Assembly (NCBI RefSeq): GCF_001194135.2
Contig: NC_068982.1
Location: forward strand, 168,570,919-168,634,918
Reading direction: 5' to 3'
Length of the DNA: 64,000 nt
Source of the DNA: Octopus bimaculoides
Taxonomy: Eukaryota
The position numbers and the translations under genes were made by a program. The notes under the pieces are model-generated. The model worked only from the letters and a program-made list of their open reading frames with translations. It searched no databases and was not told the DNA's origin. Shown here one piece after another: positions 51,313-63,944 of this stretch. The stretch's first letter is position 1; every line of letters begins with the position of its first letter.

Positions 51313-52302
51313 TAAACTTTAGCAAAATACCTTGTATTTAATGAGTAGGTGGAAATGTTAAATATGGAACAGTCATGATTTTCTCTTGAACAATAGCAGC
51401 GTATGTAATGTGAAATAAATTCAACAGAGAATCAAAACTGTGTTACATTGAACAATTGCTAAGTACGTGTGATATCTATGGGACGTCGCCAACAATCTTA
51501 TATCTAAAATATCTTTAGACAAGGTGATCGGTAGAAACGGTAAAGGGGATAACTAAGAGAGCACTTGTTGTTTTCTAACTGTGTTTAGTTTTGATGTAGT
51601 GTATTCTGAGCACATCCTCGTTCAAAATTTCGTCTGATGTGCAAATTTGCCTTTCCTGACTCCGAGTAAAGCAAGTACTCAGCACATTATGACTTAATTG
51701 GCTGTATTCAACACCAACAAAAAGTCGCTTTGTGGTTAGTCAAAACTAAGCAATGTTTAAACACCACGAGAAGTTAATTCGAATAAATCACATGGAAGGT
51801 GGATTGCAGAATCTGTAAAGCGACTACACTACACAACTAAAAGAATTTGCGTTGGGCCAAGTGTAAAGTAGGCATTGTTTGAACAACTGAGGTGGAAATT
51901 GGATGCGGTCTTTACACTCTAGGTTCAAATCCTGGTCTTATTTTGTTTTCACTCTCTCGTGATTTATAAAATATGCATCAATTGATAAATAAGTGTTTGG
52001 GTCGATGCAATCGGTTATGATTTAGAAAGCCCTGCTCTTGTATGCCCAAAATCCAATGAATAAAACTATTAAGCGGAAAATATTTGTAAGCTTCAATATA
52101 TTTCTGTAGTGGGACTGAACCCGGATCCATTTGGCTGGAAAGTAAATTTCTTACCACATAATAAACTTTAGCAAAATACCTTACATTTAAAGAGTGGGTG
52201 GAAATGTTAAATATGGAACAGTCATGATTTTCTCTTGAACAATAGCAGCGTTGGAGTTCTTTTGTTAACTTCAGAAAGTTATGACGAAGAAATATCGGAA
52301 GT

Positions 52303-52680
52303 GACGCAGGTATGGCTGTGTGTTAAGAAGCTTGCTTCCCAATCACGTTTCTGGGTTCAGTCCCACTGTGTGGCACTTTAAACAAGTGTCTTCTTCTACA
52401 TAAAGGGGCAGAACAAAGTCATGTGAGTGGGTTTGGTACACATATATGTGTGTATATGTGTGTATATGTGTCTGTCTTTGCGTTGATGTTTGTCCTCCAC
52501 CAACGCTGGACAGCCAGTGTTGGTTTCTTTACGCCCCCGTAACCTAGCGCTTCGGCAAAGACGACTGGTAGAATAAGTACGAAGCTTAAAAATAGTACTG
52601 TCGTCGATTCATTCGGCAAAATATCTTCAATACTGTGCCCCAGCATGACCGAAGTCTAATGGCTGAAACCGGTGAAAGAT
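52303..52680 (+). mobile_element. SINE family B
   Basis: gacgcaggtatggctgtgtgttaagaagcttgcttccc..gggttcagtcccactg; tail cccagcatgaccgaagtc. Confidence 0.85.
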
Positions 52681-55339
52681 GACTAATGTTGTTTTTCGTG
52701 ATTTTCCAAGGATACATACTAGACATTAACTGATATTTTCTTCTTATACAGCATACTTGAAACCATTTTAACTTCTTAATGTTCCCAGCATTAAACATAT
52801 TTTTATCCATTTAACGATAGTTTACGGGACTGAGATTCAAACTCAATAAAACCTATATTGTCTTTCAACAAACAAAAGTGCTGATTTGGAACTAGCGCTT
52901 AAAAGCGGCTACTCTCTAAATTACCTATAGATATAAGGTATCTCAGTCACGGATCGAATCATTTCAGAGCTGTTACAAAGTATAGAATTAATGGCTTTTA
53001 TTCGCTTTCTGCGTTGGATAACCTTTTAGTTATACCACGCAGATAATTAGAATCCGTAACTTTATATTTCAGTGTCCACAGGTACCCATCAGCGTTAATG
53101 TTGGTAAGGCAGGAACAATCGATTACATCTAAGTCGATTTTTTGACTGGCGAGTATATAACCAATCGAAAAAGGATGAAGACTAAAGTCAATCACAAATA
53201 TAATATTATAAGAGATTGAATAGTGTTATAAGAGATGGAATTAATATTATAAGAGATTGAATTAACTATAAACTTGAGGAAAATGCTTCTGTGCTGAACA
53301 TTCTATTGTTTATGTTTGATTTTCAGTTCTTGTTAAGGTGAAAATAAGTCAACAATATGATCAACACTATGTCTATCAAATAAATTTAAGTTATATTTTC
53401 ACATTTTGTCACTATTAATAGTGCACTACATCGAGATATTTACGATTCTAATATCACATAGTGAGAAAGGTTGCTTTTCATATTCACCTATTAACTTAGA
53501 CGGCAGTGCTCGTCCTTTCGTTTTCTCTATGAATTGACAGAAGCTGGGGTTTTTTACTAAAACAATTAATTTGTAAGATAATCATATTTGCTTAAGGGTT
53601 CTACTCGCTCGAATGTGAATCAAGCCGTACCTCCCTTCCCTAGTTTTGGACTAGTATCACAGAATTTTGAAAGTTGAAACTATGGACGACATGGTTCGAT
53701 TGCTCATACAGATAGTGATGTTGGTTAACGGTAACTCAAAACTAATCTCTCCATTATACGATTCTCGCGTTTCTACACCAGTATTGTGTTCAAGCGTGAT
53801 CCATCCTGCACTTCCTACAATCGCACAATCCACTCATGTTATCCTTCTCAGGGGTGAAATTAATTTTTTTATCTTTAAAATCTTTCAACATTTCTTTTAA
53901 TTTCCAAACCATCTCATTTATCCAGGCTCCATTTCATATTTCTACTTCTTTCTGAAAGCGATGTGTGTATTTACTTAACATATCCTTTCAGTACCATTAA
54001 ACTCCCTCGACCGCCTGGACATTAGTAACAAAAGCTGCCTGTTACCTGGCTGAGGGTGCTTTTTTCTCAATTCTCTGACCTCGTCTACTGCTCTACCATT
54101 TCACGGAATTTGTTTGACTAGCCTTAAGAATATACGTCTTACCTCAGTTCTGTAGAATCTGTAGACGTCATCATCTTTGATGATATCAATTCACAGAAAT
54201 CCTGTTAGCTCTCTCTGGTGTAGAAAGTAAAGAATTATTTGCTATTCTCAATTGTTTGTAACTTATTATTAATTTTTAATCCGTCTTTTTTACTTTTTAC
54301 ACATTATTGGCTCCGTCCAGGGAATTGTGATGTGGTTAGGGAACCACCGCAATCGTCACAATTGTTTTCCAAGACTAGTGTTTTAAGTATCTTTGTTCAG
54401 TTGAAGTCGCTCAACCAATTTCATTTGTATCTCAACGTAGAAGTATGACACACGTATGTAGAACTGCACTGGGGATTCCCTCATAAACAATTTTGACTAC
54501 AAAAAAAAGAAAATAAGAGTTACCATTAGCTTATGAAAGCATTGTTTATTCATATTGTTTTCTATTTCTTACGTTGAGACAACAACGTTGTTGGTTCTCT
54601 GAAGTAACAAACAGCATCCACCCACCACTTTCCGCAAAACCAGTCCACCTGACTCGACATTTCTCGACCCTACACCCTCATGATCTACCCTTCTGAATCA
54701 GAATTCAATGCCTCCGGAATGTTTCAAGTCTAATAAGTTTCCAACACGAAAGTAATTTCATATTAAACATCGATGTATCGCTCTCGGTATTTTAAGAGTT
54801 ACTACAAAGACAATGAGCACCTTCCCACCTACATCAAATATTTAAAGAAATTGAGAAATAAGGAGAAATGAGAGTAATATATAAATCGAAATAAAACCAG
54901 TGAAATTACTTTAATACAACTTTAATACATTCTATTGAACATTACGTGAAGAACATAAATATGAAAAACTCGAAATGATGTCGCAGCATTCTATTTACAC
55001 CATCTTAATGTTACACGGGCAACGTTATTATAAAGTAATTATTGAGAAGCAGATTCAAACTGATTGGTTGCGTAACAAACGTAAGAAAAATATTTATTTA
55101 TATATGTGAGGAAACATTATGATATAAACCAGACCATGTGGTCTATAGAATGAAGTATATTGATAGCTTGAACATAATGACAGATTGAACACAGTGAAAG
55201 AAGAAAAAAACTTAGGAAGATTAAATTCAAAGTTACGTTTTTTTTTAATGTTGAAGCAATATTTGACAAACAATATTTTACAGAGACTGAAGCTGTATAC
55301 GAACACAATTCCCAAAATTATAAAAGGATTTCAAGTTCT

Positions 55340-55720
55340 GGGCGCGGGAGTGGCTGTGTGGTAAGTAGCTTGCTTACCAACCACATGGTTCCGGGTTCAG
55401 TCCCACTGCGTGGCACCTTAGGCAAGTGTCTTCTAATATAGCCTCGGGCCGACCAAAGCCTTGTGAGTGGATTTGGTAGACGGAAACTGAAAGAAACCNN
55501 NNNNNNNNTATATGTATGTTTGTGTGTCTGTGTTTGTCCCCCCAACATCGCTTGACAACCGATGGCGGTGTCTTTATGTCCCCGTAACTTAGCGGTTCGG
55601 CAAAAGATATCGCTAGAATAAGTACTAGGCATCCAAAGAATAAGTCCTGGGGTCGATTAAAGGCCGTGCTCCAGCATGGCCGCAGTCAAATGACTGAAAC
55701 AAGTAAAAGGGTAAGAGTAA
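55340..55720 (+). mobile_element. SINE family B, well-preserved copy
   Basis: A-box-like tggctgtgtggt, B-box-like gggttcagtccc, CORE/V-like ccttaggcaagtgtctt, internal TG tract and conserved tail. Confidence 0.92.
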
Positions 55721-56479
55721 AAGAGCATAAACAAAGAGCCGGTATATTTTTAAGACAGTCCATCAAACACAGAAGTAAAATATATACAGTTATAACTAAA
55801 TAAATAGCTAAACATGTTGCCAATATGTAAACGCTTGGTATATGTAGGCATCAAGTGTGGTATGACAATATGATATTACTGCAATAATCAGGATATGCAA
55901 GTCTAAATGGACAAGTAAGCAAAGATAACTATATTTTATAGCAAAAGACAGCTTAAAACCTATGCCTCTAATAAATAACTCGAGCACTTCTCTCCAACTT
56001 ACTATCCAGGAAACTGTCGAAATCAAAATATATGGAATTCGAAATAGAAATAAGTTAATTATAAAATATCAAAAAAATGACTCCATTCATAATTGGTACG
56101 CTGAGATTGAAGAAAAGAATAGGAATATGGACGACATAAATATCATTGCACCTATAGTTTACACACAATCCAAAAAAATGTTTTAATAGTCACAACACAT
56201 ATTCTGCATATGTTCCCCTTAATACAATAGCAACTTATACAACAGTTACTTTCCAATACTATGTAAACCTACCATATCAAACAAGTGCAAAACTAAAATG
56301 AATCGGGAAACAACGAAACTCCACAATACAGCAAATTGGATCTCAGAAAAAAACAACTTCCCAATTCTTCGACCGAAATAGAATATGCCACAAAATATAA
56401 AAAGTTCACTGAAGTACATCTGTGATGGTGTATTCAAAACTTTTGCATAACAAACCGAAAAGTAATAATGATAGTATTA

Positions 56480-56516
56480 ACAATGATAATAATAATTATT
56501 ATTATTATTATTATTA

Positions 56517-56568
<52 letters not shown>

Positions 56569-56585
56569 CATCATTATTATTATTA

Positions 56586-56616
<31 letters not shown>

Positions 56617-56617
56617 A
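56480..56617. repeat. (ATT)n microsatellite with ATC interruptions
   Basis: Seen directly. Confidence 0.97.
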
Positions 56618-56619
56618 AC

Positions 56620-57284
56620 TGACAGCATATGAAAGAGGTTTAGGACCAATAGAAATCAGGAGAGGCATCTCCCAAGGGCACTGCCTGTCCCCCATTAATC
56701 CTTGTACTGTGCATAATACCACTAACACTCATTCTGAGTAAAGCAATGGTTGGGTGTGCATTCAAGAGCCGCCAACAAAAGTCAACCACTTGTTATTCAT
56801 GGATGACCTCAAACGGTGTATACTTTCAGTGCTGATATCAGAATGGAGTTCGTACTGAAAAAGTGTGGTGTGTTAGTCTTGAAGAGAGGCAAAATCAAAT
56901 GTATGGACAGGCTAGTGATAGTGTCGTGAGAGGTTATGAAGCAGATAGAGGAGACGGACTATAAGTACTGGGGGATACTAGAAATGGATAAATTGATAGA
57001 GAAAGAGGTGATAGAAAAATTTAAGGTGGAGTACTTGTGCAGACTGAGACTGACCCTTAAGTCGAAATTAATAATTGTCGGAGCCCTGGGAACAGTGAGT
57101 AAAAATCTTGAGAAGTACATGGAACAAATAGAGACTGCAATGAACACTTGCAGAAAACAGCACTGCTTGAAACCGCTCGAATACTCCGGATGGTGCTTGA
57201 AAACTAAGGGGTGATACCTTAGTTCACTTGTAGTGAATAGCTGATACCGTAATACATCTCCAGTGTTAGAAGCTGTGCAAAGAC

Positions 57285-57322
<38 letters not shown>
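56620..57322 (+). mobile_element. R4/Dong-like LINE: RT fragment fused by deletion to the 3' end and (TAA)n tail
   Basis: IRRGISQGHCLSP, NHLLFMDDLK, YKYWGILEMDKLIEKEVIEKFKVEYLCRLRLTLKSKL joined to IIVGALGTVSKNLEKY; 3'UTR matches 49380-49497. Confidence 0.9.
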
Positions 57323-57721
57323 NNNNNNNNNNNNNNNNNNNNNNNNNNNNNNNNNNNNNNNNNNNNNNNNNNNNNNNNNNNNNNNNNNNNNNNNNNNNNN
57401 NNNNNNNNNNNNNNNNNNNNNNNNNNNNNNNNNNNNNNNNNNNNNNNNNNNNNNNNNNNNNNNNNNNNNNNNNNNNNNNNNNNNNNNNNNNNNNNNNNNN
57501 NNNNNNNNNNNNNNNNNNNNNNNNNNNNNNNNNNNNNNNNNNNNNNNNNNNNNNNNNNNNNNNNNNNNNNNNNNNNNNNNNNNNNNNNNNNNNNNNNNNN
57601 NNNNNNNNNNNNNNNNNNNNNNNNNNNNNNNNNNNNNNNNNNNNNNNNNNNNNNNNNNNNNNNNNNNNNNNNNNNNNNNNNNNNNNNNNNNNNNNNNNNN
57701 NNNNNNNNNNNNNNNNNNNNN

Positions 57722-58010
57722 GAATGTGAAATCTAAAAACAGAAACAATTCCTATCATAGTAGGTGCCTTAGGTATAATAAAAAAAATATTTAGACAAAT
57801 ACATAACAAAAACACCAGGACTTACAAATATATATAACATACAGAAAATAGCATTACTGGGCACTGCACACATCCTACGCAAAACACTTTCAATACAGTA
57901 ACCATAAGAGCATCACAGTAAACCACAGCACATACCCAAGGCGCACAGAGCTGCGCTCCGTAGTGAAGTGAAAGCACGTTATAAAAATAAAGCTACTGAA
58001 TAATAATAAT
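57722..58010 (+). mobile_element. 3' end of a second R4/Dong-like LINE family with (TAA)n tail
   Basis: TIPIIVGALG..QKIALLGTAHILRKTLSIQ*, followed by a 3'UTR unrelated to family 1. Confidence 0.85.
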
Positions 58011-58117
58011 AGCTGAAAAGAACAGATAACATGGTACCTTAGGCTGCAGGTAACAAGACCGCTACGCATGAAAGACTCCAGGAGTTCCGACAAACCTTGT
58101 GACAGCAATAATAATGA

Positions 58118-58690
58118 TAGAGAAAAAGATGGCTATGGATGACTTAAAGTAATTTCAAACCAGAAACGGAGGTTCTAATCTGTGTTACTCAAAAGCAAGC
58201 ACTAAGAACGAATTACATCAAATACAGAATAGGCAGCACATAAGAAAGTGATACGTGCAGAATCTGTGGACAAAATGTTGAAACCGTATGGCATATTACC
58301 AGTCAATGTGCGTCACTATCCCAGAAACAATATGAGATGTCATGACAATATAGCAAGGATTGTCCATTAGACACTTTGCAATATGTATGGACTTGATACA
58401 GCAAAAGGTAATACGAACATAAACACGAAGGCATCATCGAAAATGATAATGCAAACATCTTATGGGATTTTATGATTCAGTGCGACCATGATATAGAGTA
58501 TAGGAAGCCAGACATAGTATTAATTGAGAAAGAAAACAAACTATGCTGGATCATAGATATAGTGTGTCCAGCTCTCAACAAGGTATGCGATAAGGAAGAA
58601 AGAAAAGTCGATATATATGACAGGTTAGCTTGGGAGGGTAAGCAGTTGTGATCGCTGAAAAGGGTGGTAGTCGTACCAATAATTGTCGGA
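58118..58690 (+). mobile_element. R4/Dong-like LINE zinc-knuckle and RLE fragment
   Basis: CRICGQNVETVWHITSQC (CCHC), HDNIARIVH, RKPDIVLIEKENKLCWIIDIVCP. Confidence 0.88.
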
Positions 58691-58989
58691 GCGCGTATAT
58701 ATGCATGGTTGCATATATATGTGCATATATAGGCGCATGTGTGGGTGTGCATGTATTTGTTTCACGCGAGTATATAGGCACATGTACCTGCGTGTGTGTG
58801 CATGCATGTGTATTTATGTATATGCGCGCTTACGCGATTTCTATGAGCATTTGTACTTCCTTGTTTACTTTCTCCCCTTTGGTTTTTCCCCTTATTTAAC
58901 GGTGATTCTAATAGCTCTTTTGTCTTAATAACGGTCAATTACATAGTAATTTCCCTTTGTTTAACGGTCATTTTCATAGCATTTTTTTA

Positions 58990-59065
58990 TTGCCTCGATA
59001 ACTGACGAGATGCCGGAGCAGGTTTCCGCCCCGACATCCGAAACATCGGAGACTTATTATGGCAA
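58990..59065 (+). ncRNA. Type I hammerhead ribozyme motif with long stem II
   Basis: tgcctcgataa CTGACGA gatgccggagcag gttt ccgccccgacatc c GAAAc atcgga gAc ttattatggca. Stem I has 9 of 11 positions paired; 13-bp stem II with 3 mismatches; cleavage triplet reads GAC instead of GTC. Confidence 0.7.
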
Positions 59066-60990
59066 CCGAATAATTGATTATGACTAAAAGTCTACCTCAT
59101 GCTGCCTCTCTATGCAATTGGGATTTGCACTTTGTTTCACCCAGTCCATCAACTCAACATCCTCCTAGTACCATAAATCTTATCGAATCCAAAATCTTCA
59201 AATGGATGACATAGGGGATATTATAGGGATTTCCACGACTAAATAGCATCTGTACCTATATTTTACCTCGATCGATTGTGGTGGGTAACAGCAAGATCGT
59301 TATGTTATAATTAATGCTTGAGTGAGACGACACATATAGGTCCTAATATATAGCAGTCATAATGACTAATCATCGAGGGAGCAAATTTGTCTGGAAACAC
59401 ACATGGTCTCGTCTGCATTGAGACGTAAGGGGTACTATCATTTTGAGAGTGAATATTAAGCCCCACACATGCACTTTTCGGTCAACGCAGCAGTAGGATT
59501 TTCTATCCTCCTAACATTTCTGGTTACACACTCTTCTATTTAGTCCACTGTGGGAATTTTTCCATTTCTGCCTCTGGCAAGTCAAGTACGCTGAATAGTA
59601 AAATTCACTCCTTGCGTGTTTCCCTGAAGGTTTCGTTATTTAGAAGACAGTGAAGCTTGGGGATGATTATTACCATGGTGATGGTGTGATGATGAGGATG
59701 GTAGTGTTGGTAGTGGTGGAAATCGTGCTTCGTTTGCTGTTGGTGTGGGAGATAGCAGCTTATGTTAGAACTTCCGAGGAAATTTCAAAGCTAGAAATTT
59801 AGAGGCAAGCGAACGGTATTTGACTGATTCATTAAATTATCAACCCCAGAAGTATGTCATTTGAACTCACAAATATGAAGGTATTTGACAAAATACCAAA
59901 GGAAAAATGCTTTTCAGCTGCCGATCCTCCGAATTTTTTTTATCCAAATTAACCAAAATGGCTTCTTTTGATCATAAATAAAGAAGAAGAACAATCATAT
60001 TTTTATGTGAGTTCAACTCTCCTATTACCTTTATTGTCAGAAATTATCAATTGTAATATCAACACTATGGTTATTAATGTCTTTTTACTCTTCTACCTCG
60101 GCTTCTTTCGTTTCATTTTCATGCCTTCGTTTTTTTCTTATTTTGCTTTTATAGTAAATAATACATTACATGTGATTAATTTCAAATAGAAACAGTTTTT
60201 TATTGTCCACGCAACCGATGTTGACAATAACAACGCATTCAAATACAAATTTGAGTTGAAATATTAAAAACAGAAACGAAAAAAATTAATCATCGTTTGA
60301 ATTCTTGTGGTTTTGTTTTTCCTCATAAAATCATATGCCAACAGAAACTAAGAGATACACAGATAAACTTACATACATAAACTCAACAAAAAATATATAC
60401 AACCACCAGACATTGTTGATACTGATACAACCCACTTTGCATGCGAACAGACAAACGGTTCAATTAAAGAAGAAATTTGTTAAAAGGAAATATTCTAATT
60501 CCTCTAAAACCACAAGGAAATAAAATGTATGAGAGGTAATTAATTGAAGAAAGAGTTCTTCAGAATGACTTGTTTTGTGTTGTAGCCGTCATTCAAGAAG
60601 CTAAAGCCTTTGTTATAATGAGAGTTGTTGATCGTTCTTGTCATTTCTATTATTTGTTTGTTTCGTTTCATTCATTAATTTCTTTTTCTTTGTGATTCCT
60701 TCCATTTTGATTGTTTTATTTAATGTTTTATTTCATTATAATTAATCGTTATTTTAATGTCCATAGCTCTCATTGCAAGAACAACACTTAATTTCTAAAT
60801 ATGATACATGATGTACTGAAAATATGATATTTGTAAATTTCCCGAGTTACGGGATTAAAACGTTTTTGGAGACCTGTATCGCGAAATCCCGTGATGCAAA
60901 ATTTATTCTTCCATTGATTATCACGTTATCTGGGTGATGAAGAATGTGACTGCTATCATTTGCCAAGGCGAAGCGATCGTTATGCGTGTG

Positions 60991-61048
<58 letters not shown>

Positions 61049-61146
61049 TAGAGGATAAGAGAGCTAAACATATGTGGATATNNNNNNNNNNAGAGGATAA
61101 GAGAGCTAAACATATGTGGATATATATATATAAGCATAGCTATAGA

Positions 61147-61200
<54 letters not shown>

Positions 61201-62054
61201 CTCAATATTGCCGAGTGTTTAAGAATTTTGCATTACAATCTGAAGGTCCTGGGCTGGTTTCCACTACGTTAAATCTTGGGCACGTATCTTCTGATAAAGC
61301 TTCAGGTGGTGCCATCCTTATGAATGAAATTGAGTTAGATATGTGAAAGTCTTTTATAGGTTGTGCCTCAACACCCCACATTCACTACGGATAAATATCA
61401 GAAGTCTCTGCCTTATCGTGGATGCAGAAAGAGACACTATGAGATTACTAGTTTAGTAAAGAAAGCTCAGCTGCTACAGACGTAGAAGAACCGCTTAAGG
61501 GGCTTCTTGGAGAAGGTTGAAAACGAAGAGAACACGATATACTACAACACCAATAACAACAATATATCACAAAGATTAATGCATTTAATGATGTATCCAT
61601 AGCAACTCTAGAAATTGAGGAGAATGCGTTGTGATCAGCCACAAGAACCGCGATGAACAGGAAACCGACAAAGAATCTTACCTGAAAATCCAGCATCAAA
61701 GAGTTGAGTTTTAAGCCATTGTATATCAAGTTGTCGGGCAATTATGCACTTTCTTTAGTGACGTAAATCGTCCATTTCTTTTTCTTTTCTTGATCGCATT
61801 GAAGGAAACATTTGAAAGAAATAAGTTGCTTTTGTTGGTGTATGGGTAGTAGTACTTTTTAAAGTTATTCAATTCTGCTTCACTTTCCAAAGTGTAACTA
61901 TATTTGAGAATTTTTATATATATTTACTTATCTTCTTCCCTTTTATCTTTTATCTTTTCTAATCTGGCAGGAGTTTCGAACATTTGGAAAATATATTTAC
62001 CTTATGGCTACGACAGCCACCTACTACCCCAGAAGAGTCTATATTGAATCATTA

Positions 62055-62146
62055 AAGAAGAAGAAGAAGAAGAAGAAGAAGAAGAAGAAGAAGAAGAAGA
62101 AGAAGAAGAAGAAGAAGAAGAAGAAGAAGAAGAAGAAGAAGAAGAA
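62055..62146. repeat. (AAG)n microsatellite
   Basis: Seen directly. Confidence 0.98.
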
Positions 62147-63100
62147 TTTTTGCGGGCGGATGTATCAGTTCTCGATAAACGTGCTAGACGAGTAAATGTT
62201 AAGACGAAACAAGCTAGAAAAATCAAACAAAAATATAAAATCAAAGATTTTATAAACCTCCCTGCAACCAAGGAACTAGTGAAACAACGAACACAACTTG
62301 AAGCCCAACGGTTCGGAATGTATGACGGAAGAATCAAATTTTATCGACAAAACAAGCTATTCAAGACAGATGCAAAGAAATTTTTAAGGGAAATTCGCAA
62401 AAGCAGGATAGGAGTAAAGGAGCAACCTTATGACTGAGGAAATGGAAGAGTCCTGGAAGAAGATATGGAACAACAAAAAAGAATATAATGCTAAAGCTGA
62501 CTGGATAGAGCGTGAGAAAGTGAGACTGGATGAGGTTGAAGAGCAGAAATGTGTTATGAGAGTTATGAAACATTGTAGCATACTCTTAATGAATGTCCGA
62601 AACTAGCACATTGTGATAAGACAATGTGGCAAAAATGATCTTTTGGTAACTCTGTAAATTATGGTCTTGAAAAATCAAAGACGTATGTTCAAAACCCCGA
62701 AGCAGTTACTGAGAATGATGATTGTAAACTCCTGTGGGATGCAATGATTCAGTGTGACCATCAGTTTAGACATCGGGAACCTGACATTGTTGTGGTGAAC
62801 AGAAAAGAAAAACATGCTCGATAATTGACATAGCAAGTCCTGGTGACAACAGGGTCGTAGAGAAAGAAGAAAACGTGAACAACTATGATGAATTGAAGTG
62901 AGAAAAACGCAGCTTATGGGTACTGAAGAGGGTGGGCAAGATGTCAATAGTGATTGACGCGCTTGGAAGTATGAGTACTCAACTACTAACATGACTCTAA
63001 AAGATTGGAACGAATGCAAAGATAGAACACTTACAAAAATCATCATTGCTTGGAACTGTAAAACTTCTCCGCAGGGCTCTTGAAGCATGATCATTAAACA
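62147..63100 (+). mobile_element. R4/Dong-like LINE (third family): N-terminal domain fused to RLE domain, RT deleted
   Basis: RADVSVL..KELVKQRTQLEAQRF..FYRQNKLFKTDAKKFLRE..ESWKKIWN..NAKADWI, then KLLWDAMIQCDH..REPDIVVV..IIDIASPGD..QKSSLLGTVKLLRRALE*. Confidence 0.85.
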
Positions 63101-63104
63101 AATG

Positions 63105-63944
63105 TCACCTTAGTCTGCTGACTGAACAACAAAATAAGCGGAGAGTTTTCATGAACATGTTATGTAAAAAAAATGCCACAGAACAGCTATTATTACAAGT
63201 AAGAAGTTGAGGTATGTGTAGGATGAAAGGTTGCAAAGATAAAGCACTGTACAAACAAGTGAAAACGAATGAAACTGAAAATAGGTGGGTAAAGAAAAGA
63301 GTATATGGGCAATTTCGAAGGGATGTTAAAGATAAGACAGGTTGATGCCTTCGGATTTGTGGTCGTACCAAATTTTTGCTATGTCAAGTCCATACTTATT
63401 GCAAAGTGTCCAGTGGACAAGCCTGGCTATATTGTCGTGGCGTCTTTTATATTTCTTCTGGGCTAGTAGCGTACATTGGCTGGTAATATGCCATACGGTT
63501 TCACGTTTTTGTCCACAGATTCTGCACTTATCCCTTTCTGATGTATTGTCTATTCTATATTTTATATAGTTTGCTCTTAGTACTTGCTCTTGGGTAGCAC
63601 AGATTAGAGCCTCCGTTTCCGATTTTAAATCACTTTTAGTCATCCACAGCCATCTTTTTTCTCTGTCTATGGGACATTATGATTCAGTGCAACCATGAGT
63701 TAGAAAATAGGAAGCTAGACATAGTCTTAATTGAGAAAGAAAACAAACTATGCTAGATCATAGATATAGCATGCCCACAAAAAGTGGCTGCAATAAGGAT
63801 GGAGCACTTACAGAAAATAGTACTGCTTGGAACCGCTCGAGTACTCCGTGAGGTACTTGAAAAGTAAGAGGTGCTACTTTAGTTCACTGGTAGTGAACAG
63901 CTGACACTGTAGTACATCTCAAGCGTTAGAAGCTGTGAAAAGGC

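Noticed and set aside
61050-61123. 32-bp direct repeat on both sides of a 10-N gap
   Set aside because: Typical unmerged contig overlap; assembly artefact.
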